A stretch of 32,000 nt of DNA, taken from contig CANTGH010000005.1 of assembly GCA_947653235.1 (NCBI GenBank), positions 72,491 through 104,490 on the forward strand, given 5' to 3'. Source of the DNA: an uncultured Clostridium sp. (GTDB lineage: Bacteria; Bacillota; Clostridia; TANB77; CAG-508). The notes under the pieces were generated by a model that worked only from the letters and a program-made list of their open reading frames with translations, did no database searches and was not told the origin of the DNA. Numbering within the stretch: position 1 is the stretch's first letter; every line of letters starts with the position of its first letter. The position numbers and the translations under genes were made by a program. Shown here piece by piece: positions 9,841 to 16,926 of the stretch.

Positions 9841-10569
9841 TTATATTCTCTTAAAAACAACTTCTTCAAAATTATTTATTTCGAAATTAGAGGATCCTTT
9901 TTCAATAATTTCTTCTGATGGTAATGCAAGAGAAATGCTACCTTGGTAAGTTACATTTTTATTCGTTTGGATTTGTATATCAAATCTTAATTGGAATTTT
10001 ATTTCTTCTACATTGATCCCAATATGTTGCAATAATTTTCCATCGTATGTTATTTCTGTTGAATCGTTTGAAATATAATTTCCTAAGTTATCTAATGCAA
10101 CTCTGCAACTAATAACACCACCAGTATTAGCAATTTCTAATGTTTTTAAATCGTCAATTTCTGCACCAGAATAGTTTATGCTTTCTTTTAGATAATTTTG
10201 TTCACTGTATGTGTATAGATTTTCTAACTCACCTGTTGGTCTATAGATAGCTATTTCTCCCTTGCTTGGTGCTTTTGTGATTGAAAAGTTTTGAAGCGTA
10301 ATTTGTTGAATTGTCTCTTCTGTTTCATCACTTTTTTCAATATAAAAATATAAATCATTAGCTTGTTTTACATTAATGTTCCAAATATTTTCACCATCAT
10401 CGATTGGAGTTCCTTCTACTGTGCTAATAACAAAAATTTTGTTTATTTTGTAGGGTAATGTTTTTTCACCTTCTACTTCATATTTCACCATGACAAAGAT
10501 AACAATCATCAATACTATAATGGAGCAAAATAAAAATATGCATTTTTTAAATATTTGACTTTTCTTCAT
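9841..10569 (-). CDS. membrane-anchored extracytoplasmic protein, unknown function (paralog of 7467-8285)
   Basis: 242 aa with an N-terminal TM helix. Its start overlaps the tadA 3' end by 23 nt, suggesting translational coupling. Confidence 0.75.
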   Translation of the reverse strand: MKKSQIFKKCIFLFCSIIVLMIVIFVMVKYEVEGEKTLPYKINKIFVISTVEGTPIDDGENIWNINVKQANDLYFYIEKSDETEETIQQITLQNFSITKAPSKGEIAIYRPTGELENLYTYSEQNYLKESINYSGAEIDDLKTLEIANTGGVISCRVALDNLGNYISNDSTEITYDGKLLQHIGINVEEIKFQLRFDIQIQTNKNVTYQGSISLALPSEEIIEKGSSNFEINNFEEVVFKRI

Positions 10570-11029
10570 TTAATTTTCCTTTCTTTCGTTCGCGTAGTTG
10601 CTTGAAAAACGTTTTGAGGATTGTCTCACATTCTTCTTTTAATATATATTTTTGTACTTCAATTTTATGATTAAATTTATATTCTAACAAATTCAAAACA
10701 GATCCACAAGCCCCTGTTTTGTCATCTTGTGTCCCAATGTATAATTTTCTCATTCTGGCTTGAATTAAAGCACCTGTACACATAGGACAAGGTTCTAATG
10801 TTACATACATATCACAGTCTGATAAGCGCCATGCTTCCATTTTTTTGCAGGCTTTTTGAATGGCTAAAATTTCTGCGTGACCTGTTGCATCACATTTTAG
10901 TTCTTTTATATTGTGAGCTCTAGCTATTATTTTATTATCTTTTACAATGACTGCACCAACTGGAATTTCATTTTTATTAAACGCTTTTTGTGCTTCTTTT
11001 AGTGCTTCTTTCATAAATTTTTCTTCCAT
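10547..11029 (-). CDS. tadA: tRNA-specific adenosine deaminase
   Basis: 160 aa with the zinc motifs HAE and PCPMC. Confidence 0.95.
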   Translation of the reverse strand: MEEKFMKEALKEAQKAFNKNEIPVGAVIVKDNKIIARAHNIKELKCDATGHAEILAIQKACKKMEAWRLSDCDMYVTLEPCPMCTGALIQARMRKLYIGTQDDKTGACGSVLNLLEYKFNHKIEVQKYILKEECETILKTFFKQLRERKKGKLNEEKSNI

Positions 11030-11106
11030 ATTTCACCTGTATTTTTTTATTATTTTATTGTTATATCATATTTTGTTTTTTTTGACAAGAGGCTTAACAT
11101 TAGAAA

Positions 11107-11147
11107 AACTGCTACCACAAAATTATTTGATGTGATAGCAGTTCTTC
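11107..11147 (-). terminator. intrinsic terminator after the SleB-family gene
   Basis: AACTGCTA / TAGCAGTT stem followed by TTTTTCT on the minus strand. Confidence 0.5.
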
Positions 11148-11162
11148 TAATAAAGAGAGTCT

Positions 11163-11927
11163 TTACTGTGGCAGACATCGCTCTTCATAATTGAGCGGAT
11201 ACGCATAGTATTGCTCTGAATTCGGTAGGTTTGCTGATGCTAATCGACCAACCATCCAAGGTTTTTCCTCACTCGATTGGAATAATATTTTTTCTTCTAA
11301 GCAAGGAATTTCTCCCATAATTAATCCATAAGCCACTTCTTTTGCTTCTGGACTTGCTTCAATTCCTTCTTTTATTCTCTGTTTGCTTATATCATTATAT
11401 TGAGTGCCTTGCCAAAAGACTTCTTTGATGGTATGTACATCGCGGAAATCTTCATATGTAGTGCTAGTTCGATTTAGCGGAATTGAACCTACTCTTCTTC
11501 GATCTTCCATTGATTTTGCGGCTTCTATTTCGATTATCTTAGCTAATAAATCTACTTCACCTATCAAATGTTTAAAAGATCTCTCAGAAGCTTGCGCTTC
11601 CTTTTGAGCTTCGGCTTCTCTTTTGGCTTTTTCTTCTGCCAGTCCTTGCTCTCGAGCCTCTTGTCTTTCTTTGGCTCTTGCTTTTTCCCTGCCAAGCTGC
11701 ATTTTCGTTTCTTCTTGGATATGTTCTTCTTCTCGATTTTTTACATCCTCTAAAAGATTGATAATTTCTTTTGGTTCTTCCAACTCAGAAAATGTTGTAG
11801 CTTTACATTCAACTGACATACTTGTTACACAAAAAGTTGCCGCTATGACGCCTTGAAGAAATATTTTCCGAATGTCCCTCCTTTTTGTTACATTCTTCAA
11901 GGTTTGCCTGTCATCATTTGATTCCAT
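11163..11927 (-). CDS. SleB/CwlJ-family cell wall hydrolase with signal peptide and E/K/A-rich linker
   Basis: The C-terminal Hydrolase_2-like block is LLAKIIEIEAAKSMEDRRRVGSIPLNRT...IKEVFWQGTQYN. I prefer the ATG at 11927 (MESNDD), which has AAAGGAG 9 nt upstream, over the TTG at 11960 used in the ORF track. Confidence 0.75.
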   Translation of the reverse strand: MESNDDRQTLKNVTKRRDIRKIFLQGVIAATFCVTSMSVECKATTFSELEEPKEIINLLEDVKNREEEHIQEETKMQLGREKARAKERQEAREQGLAEEKAKREAEAQKEAQASERSFKHLIGEVDLLAKIIEIEAAKSMEDRRRVGSIPLNRTSTTYEDFRDVHTIKEVFWQGTQYNDISKQRIKEGIEASPEAKEVAYGLIMGEIPCLEEKILFQSSEEKPWMVGRLASANLPNSEQYYAYPLNYEERCLPQ

Positions 11928-12096
11928 AACTTGGCTTCTCCTTTCTTTATTATAACGCAAAAACGTTATAGGGTATAGTAAAAATTTTTACCGTTTATTA
12001 TTTTATCACATTTATGCCTATTTTGCAAGCTTTTTATGAATATTTTTACTATTGTAGATTATAATGTCTTAAATTCTATTGCACTATTTTTAAAAT

Positions 12097-12139
12097 AAAA
12101 CCCCTACAATATGCTGACACTTCAGTATTGTAGGGTTTT
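12097..12139 (-). terminator. intrinsic terminator downstream of tRNA-Arg
   Basis: CCCTACAATA / TATTGTAGGG stem flanked by A and T runs. Confidence 0.7.
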
Positions 12140-12145
12140 AAGTTT

Positions 12146-12222
12146 TGGTGCACCCAACTGGAATCGAACCAGTGACCTTCCGCTTAGGAGGCGGACGCTC
12201 TATCCTACTGAGCTATGAATGC
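12146..12222 (-). tRNA. tRNA-Arg (anticodon CCU), CCA encoded
   Basis: Reverse complement is GCATTCATAGCTCAGTAGGATAGAGCGTCCGCCTCCTAAGCGGAAGGTCACTGGTTCGATTCCAGTTGGGTGCACCA. It folds by hand into a cloverleaf with D stem GCTC/GAGC, anticodon stem TCCGC/GCGGA with loop CTCCTAA, and T stem ACTGG/CCAGT. Confidence 0.95.
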
Positions 12223-12273
12223 ATTTTGAAGTTTCGGACATTCTGACTTGTTTGTCCGAAACTTGCAGTTTTT

Positions 12274-12456
12274 TTATGCATTTAATTTAGCAACAAGTTC
12301 ATCTACATCAATTCCATGAACTGTACAAGCTTCCTCTAATGTTTCTGCTTGAGAAGCTGGACATCCTAAACAATGCATTCCTGCTTCTAATAAAATATCT
12401 GCTTTGTCTGGGTATTGTTCTAATAAATCCCCTATTTTTGTTGTTTTTTCTATCAT
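12274..12456 (-). CDS. DUF1858-type small redox-disulfide domain protein
   Basis: 60 aa with IGDLLEQYP...GMHCLGCP...ETLEEAC..HGID, which is typical of the hybrid-cluster-associated DUF1858 family. Confidence 0.75.
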   Translation of the reverse strand: MIEKTTKIGDLLEQYPDKADILLEAGMHCLGCPASQAETLEEACTVHGIDVDELVAKLNA

Positions 12457-12546
12457 AGTTTCCCTCCTATTTTAAATTCAATTTATGTGTTTTACTTAAA
12501 AGTTTTGATAATATGAATAATTTTAACATATTTTTTTAAAAAAGTA

Positions 12547-12575
12547 TAGACATTTTGAAAAAAATGTTGTATGAT
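12547..12575 (+). promoter_or_regulatory. sigma-A type promoter of the VirB2/VirB6/PrgI-like operon (about 165-nt leader)
   Basis: TAGACA - 17 nt - TATGAT. It shares the 14-mer AAATGTTGTATGAT with the promoter at 24230-24258. Confidence 0.6.
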
Positions 12576-12745
12576 AGAACAAATTTGAAAAAGAAATTTT
12601 TATCAAAACTGATTTTCTTTTCAGTTTACAACATTTTTTCATTGCAGTTTCTTGCAAATTTTCAAATTATAAAAATTTATTTGTAAAGAAGGTGATATTT
12701 GTTTTGTTTTTTATTTTATTTTATTTCTAAGAAAGGAGTTTTTGT

Positions 12746-13075
12746 ATGAAACAAAAAAAGTTTTTATTACTTTATACGGCGTTTGTTACTGTCGTATTCT
12801 TTTTCCTGTTTAGTCAGGTTGTATTTGCTGCTGATCCTAAGTTGGTATCAACATTGACAGGAGCTTTTTCTAAAATTGAAGGTTATATTATAAAAATAGC
12901 AACTTCTTTTGCTGCTGTCGCCGTGGCAACAGGGTTATTGATGAGAAAATTTAGTTTAGGTGATGAAAAAAAAATTTATCGAGCTAACAATTTAATAAAA
13001 GGAAGTATTACTTCATATGTATTAATTTTATGTATTGACTTAGTGCTTTCTTTGATTGAAACTGTTTTAGCCTAA
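12746..13075 (+). CDS. TrbC/VirB2-like small membrane protein (putative T4SS pilin-like subunit)
   Basis: 109 aa. A signal peptide ends at VFA/ADP and the mature part has two hydrophobic helices. It is first in an operon with polytopic and PrgI-like proteins. RBS AAAGGAG. Confidence 0.5.
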   Translation: MKQKKFLLLYTAFVTVVFFFLFSQVVFAADPKLVSTLTGAFSKIEGYIIKIATSFAAVAVATGLLMRKFSLGDEKKIYRANNLIKGSITSYVLILCIDLVLSLIETVLA

Positions 13076-13087
13076 AAGGATTTCAAT

Positions 13088-13957
13088 TTGGAAAGTTCAA
13101 CTCTTAATTTAACTACTTTAATTTGCGATTCTTTGAATAGCATTTTCTTCAATTTTTTTTCATCTATAAACCATACAGTATATTCTAATTTAGATAATAT
13201 TTTATTTATTCAAACAGATATTATTCAGGATGCCAAATTCCAAAAATTGTTTGGTACAGATACAAGCAATGGTTTATTGTTAGTTGCAAATAGTCTTATT
13301 TTTGGAATTGTTTTATTTTATGTCTTAAAATTTGTTGTGTCTCATTTAACGTATTCTCCTATTGATACACCTTATCAATTTATTTTTAAATGTATTATTT
13401 TTATAGCTTGTATGAATTGTTCTTTTAAACTTTGTGAAATGTTTATTTCTCTTATTGGCTTATTATCCGATTTCATCTGTGAAATTGGTTATTCTATAAC
13501 TGGTTATGAAATTAGCTTTTCGAGTTTAATCGATTTAATACATTCAAAATTATATCCATCTGTACAAATGTTTAACATATTTTCATTTGATGGTATTTTA
13601 AAGTTATGTTCTACCATTGGAATTATTTATATTTTAATGACTTATTCTGTACGTTATCTTTTATGTAAAATTTTCGTTTTATTGGCTCCCTTTGCTTTTA
13701 TCTCTTTAATTAATCACCGTTTTGACGGATTTTTTAAAGGATGGCTAAAACAATTTTTTATTTTACTTTTTATGCAAATTTTTGTTAGTCTTGTTTTAGT
13801 TCTAGGTTTTACTTTAGATTTTTATTTGGGACATGTTTTATCAGAATTGATTTATTTTTCCATTGTTATTGTGATTGCAAAATGCCAATATACAATAAAA
13901 GAATTGTTTTCTCATTTACACCAATATACTCATTACACATTAAAAGATTTTATTTAG
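13088..13957 (+). CDS. VirB6/TrbL-like polytopic membrane protein
   Basis: 289 aa with at least 6 predicted hydrophobic helices. TTG start with AAAGGA 7 nt upstream. The call rests on position and topology only. Confidence 0.45.
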   Translation: MESSTLNLTTLICDSLNSIFFNFFSSINHTVYSNLDNILFIQTDIIQDAKFQKLFGTDTSNGLLLVANSLIFGIVLFYVLKFVVSHLTYSPIDTPYQFIFKCIIFIACMNCSFKLCEMFISLIGLLSDFICEIGYSITGYEISFSSLIDLIHSKLYPSVQMFNIFSFDGILKLCSTIGIIYILMTYSVRYLLCKIFVLLAPFAFISLINHRFDGFFKGWLKQFFILLFMQIFVSLVLVLGFTLDFYLGHVLSELIYFSIVIVIAKCQYTIKELFSHLHQYTHYTLKDFI

Positions 13958-13965
13958 GAGGTTAT

Positions 13966-14262
13966 ATGCATTTTATTTTACCAAAAAATTATAAATTCAG
14001 AGCTAAATTATTGGGATTGCTTGATTACCAAACTGCTGTATTAGACACTCTTTGGGCTATCCTTTTATACGGATTGGTGAATTTACTTTTTTCTACAATC
14101 GGTTTAAAAATCTATGTTTTTATTGCTCTGTTTGTACCATTTTTCTTATTTAGTATTGTTGGCATCCATAACGAAAATATTGTATCTGTATTTCTTTATG
14201 TTTTTAAATATTATACAAATCAAAAAATATATTTATTTAAGAAAAAAATTACTCATCAATAG
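13966..14262 (+). CDS. PrgI/TcpE-like two-TM protein (VirB3 analogue)
   Basis: 98 aa counted from the ATG at 13966, which has AGGAGG 4 nt upstream. The track start at 13882 is inside the previous gene. The N-terminus LPKNYKFRAKLLGLLDYQTAVL is followed by two TM helices, as in PrgI-family proteins that normally precede VirB4. Confidence 0.5.
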   Translation: MHFILPKNYKFRAKLLGLLDYQTAVLDTLWAILLYGLVNLLFSTIGLKIYVFIALFVPFFLFSIVGIHNENIVSVFLYVFKYYTNQKIYLFKKKITHQ

Positions 14263-14263
14263 T

Positions 14264-14301
14264 AAAAAAACTATTAGAAGTTTTCTTCTAATAGTTTTTT
14301 T
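14264..14301 (+). terminator. strong intrinsic terminator after the PrgI-like gene
   Basis: CTATTAGAAG-TTTT-CTTCTAATAG followed by a T7 run. Confidence 0.85.
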
Positions 14302-14343
14302 CTTACTGCCAAGCGGACTTTATTAGCAAAAATATTTTCTGTA

Positions 14344-14372
14344 TTGTCAAGCAAGAAAGTTAATGATATAAT
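14344..14372 (+). promoter_or_regulatory. sigma-A type promoter for the dnaD-like / loader operon
   Basis: TTGTCA - 17 nt - TATAAT. Confidence 0.6.
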
Positions 14373-14480
14373 AAAAATACTGTACAAAAGAAATAAAAGT
14401 AAAGGTTTCACAATTGTATAAAAATGGGGATTTTATGCAATTTATTATCATAAAAAATATATAAAAATGGGGGCTTTCAT

Positions 14481-15434
14481 ATGAAACTGACACAAAATGA
14501 TACATCTTTTTTATTCTCAAGTACAGAAATACCAGATGTTTTTTTCACAGAATATCTACCTGAAGCAAGGAGTGAATTTGTTAAGGTTTATTTTTATGTT
14601 CTTTTTTTGTCAAAACATAGTAGCGAAATTAAAATTAACGATTTATCTAAAACGCTTGATTTAGATTTTCCAATTGTTCAAGATGCTATTAAATATTGGG
14701 AAACTGTCGGTTTATTGGTCAAAAATCCAAATGGCTATTGTCTAGCTAATATTCAAGAAATTGAATTAAATAAATTATATCATCCAAAAGTAAATCTTTC
14801 TCCAGAAGATATTCAAAAAAATGCTGAAAGCCAAGCTCACGCTAAAGTCATTGAAAGTATTAATTCACAGTTCTTCTCTGGAACTATGACACCAACTTGG
14901 TATGCTGATATCGATTTGTGGTTTCAAAAGTATGGTTTTGATGAACAAGTAATGCTTGCTCTATTTAGCTATTCTTACGAAAACCGAGCTTTACATCGCA
15001 ATTATATCCAAACTGTAGCAGAAGCCTGGAATAAAGAAAATATAAAAACGTATAATGATTTAGATTTATACTTTGAACGCAGAGAAAAGACAAATGTTTT
15101 GAAGAAAAAAATTGCACAAAAGCTTAATTTATCTAGAAATTTAACAGCTTATGACGAGGAATATATTATCAAATGGACTGAAACTTATCAATATTCCATG
15201 GATATCATTGAAGTTGCATTAAAAAAAGCAACCACTAAAAATACCATCAGTTTTGAATATATTGATACTCTTCTTTCTGATTGGCATAATAAAGACTTAT
15301 CAACTGTTGATGAAATTAATACTTACTTAAATTCCTTAAAAACAAAAGATAAAAAAGTCAAACAAATCAAACAAGTGGCACTTGAATATACGCAAAGTAC
15401 TTTTGACAACTGGGACGCATTATACGATAATTAG
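14481..15434 (+). CDS. DnaD-domain replication initiation / membrane attachment protein (DnaB_2 family)
   Basis: 317 aa with an N-terminal winged-helix-like region and a C-terminal DnaD/DnaB_2 repeat (YIQTVAEAWNKENIKT, YIDTLLSDWHNKDLST). Immediately followed by the loader gene. Confidence 0.8.
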   Translation: MKLTQNDTSFLFSSTEIPDVFFTEYLPEARSEFVKVYFYVLFLSKHSSEIKINDLSKTLDLDFPIVQDAIKYWETVGLLVKNPNGYCLANIQEIELNKLYHPKVNLSPEDIQKNAESQAHAKVIESINSQFFSGTMTPTWYADIDLWFQKYGFDEQVMLALFSYSYENRALHRNYIQTVAEAWNKENIKTYNDLDLYFERREKTNVLKKKIAQKLNLSRNLTAYDEEYIIKWTETYQYSMDIIEVALKKATTKNTISFEYIDTLLSDWHNKDLSTVDEINTYLNSLKTKDKKVKQIKQVALEYTQSTFDNWDALYDN

Positions 15435-15446
15435 CGGAGGAAAAGG

Positions 15447-16466
15447 ATGGATCATTCTACACTAAAACTTATTTTAAATGAATATGAACGCAAACGCAAT
15501 TATGCTATACATCAAGCTGAACTTAGAAAACGTGAGCTTCTGTCTGTTAATCCACGCTTATCGGAAATAGAAGCTGAACTTGCCAATATTTCCATTAAAA
15601 CAGCAAAATTAATTCTACAATCCAATACTTCTGAGCAAAAACAATTATTGGCAGATTTAAAAAAGCAATCTCTTGAATTAATCAAGGAAAAAAATAAATT
15701 TCTAAAAGAATTATCGAAAGATAATAATTATCTAAAACCACATTTTGAATGTAAATCTTGCAAAGATACTGGTTATACTGAAAAAGATGGTATTTCGACT
15801 ATGTGTAATTGCTTGAAACAACAGATTTTTAATACATATTACAATAAATCTAATATTGGAAATTTAGAAAAAGAAAATTTCAAGAAATTTAATCTCAATA
15901 TTTTTTCCATTGAGAAAAATCCTGAAATTTACAAGTCGAAACTTTCGCCTCGCGAAAATATAGAAATTATTAAAGAAAAATCGGAGAATTTCATCAAGAA
16001 TTTCGATGATCCAACTGAAAAGAATCTTCTATTTACTGGAAATACTGGTCTTGGCAAAACATTTATGACAAATTGCATCGCTAATGAATTCTTATCACAA
16101 GGCAAAACTGTTTTGTATCAAACAGCACCTGTTATGTTTGATGAGATTATTGATGCTAAATTTGGTAAAGAAAACTCAAAATTTGATTTGATGCAAAATA
16201 TTCTGACTTCAGATTTACTAATTATTGATGATTTAGGAACTGAACATACCAGTGAATTATATATCACTGAATTATTCACCATTATTAATACCAGATTATT
16301 AAATCAAAATAACAAAATTACAAAAACCATCATTTCTACTAATTTGAGACCAGATGAAATTGAGAAAATTTATACCACTAGAATTTCTTCAAGAATTGCT
16401 GGTTATTACAGAATTTTGAGATTTTTCGGTGAGGATTTAAGATTTAAAAAACGAAAAAACGACTAG
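15447..16466 (+). CDS. DnaC/DnaI-like helicase loader ATPase (IstB-like AAA+)
   Basis: 339 aa with the N-terminal zinc motif CKSCKDTGY...CNC, Walker A GNTGLGKTF and Walker B LLIIDDLGTE. Confidence 0.85.
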   Translation: MDHSTLKLILNEYERKRNYAIHQAELRKRELLSVNPRLSEIEAELANISIKTAKLILQSNTSEQKQLLADLKKQSLELIKEKNKFLKELSKDNNYLKPHFECKSCKDTGYTEKDGISTMCNCLKQQIFNTYYNKSNIGNLEKENFKKFNLNIFSIEKNPEIYKSKLSPRENIEIIKEKSENFIKNFDDPTEKNLLFTGNTGLGKTFMTNCIANEFLSQGKTVLYQTAPVMFDEIIDAKFGKENSKFDLMQNILTSDLLIIDDLGTEHTSELYITELFTIINTRLLNQNNKITKTIISTNLRPDEIEKIYTTRISSRIAGYYRILRFFGEDLRFKKRKND

Positions 16467-16489
16467 ATTTTAGCCGTTTTTTCTTACTT

Positions 16490-16810
16490 TTATTCCTTCC
16501 TTAGTCTTGCTAATAAGCAAAGTACCATTAAAAATGTAGTACCTATCAAAATTACTACGTTTTTCCACTCTGTTAGCATAATAAAACCTAAAAATGAAGT
16601 ATACAAAATAGTATATCCCCATTGTATGATTGCAAAAAGTTTCTTTTTTTCATGTGTTAATGCTAAACAAGAATAAACTAAAACAACTGTAAATATTAGT
16701 GCTTTCGTCTCCTGAAAAGTGTACACTAATGTTAATCCTATGAGTAACAAAATAAAGTTTATTAAGACTATCCGCAGTCTTATTACAATTTGTTCTTTCA
16801 AAAAAGTCAT
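16490..16810 (-). CDS. small polytopic membrane protein, unknown function
   Basis: 106 aa with 3-4 hydrophobic helices and no recognisable motif. Confidence 0.55.
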   Translation of the reverse strand: MTFLKEQIVIRLRIVLINFILLLIGLTLVYTFQETKALIFTVVLVYSCLALTHEKKKLFAIIQWGYTILYTSFLGFIMLTEWKNVVILIGTTFLMVLCLLARLRKE

Positions 16811-16877
16811 CCTTTCTATTATTTGATAAAAAGTATAATATCATATTTTTCTCAAAATGTCAAGTGTCTGAGTGCGT

Positions 16878-16922
16878 TAAAAAACGTTGTCAGGGTAGTT
16901 TTTTTGTCCTGCAACGTTTTTT
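16878..16922 (-). terminator. intrinsic terminator after gyrA
   Basis: AAAACGTTGCAGG...CCTGACAACGTTTTTT on the minus strand. Confidence 0.7.
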
Positions 16923-16926
16923 ATTT

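Noticed and set aside
12227-12275. GTTTCGGACA...TGTCCGAAAC hairpin with a T7 run on the + strand, considered as a + strand terminator or sRNA end.
   Set aside because: No + strand gene or promoter lies upstream. It sits between the minus-strand DUF1858 gene and the tRNA. It is most simply an RNA processing or partial termination hairpin of that transcript.
12097-12745. tRNA-Arg as the integration site of an element carrying the VirB2/VirB6/PrgI-like operon.
   Set aside because: The operon lies on the 5' side of the tRNA, beyond an unrelated DUF1858 gene. I found no repeat of the tRNA 3' end elsewhere in the window and no integrase.
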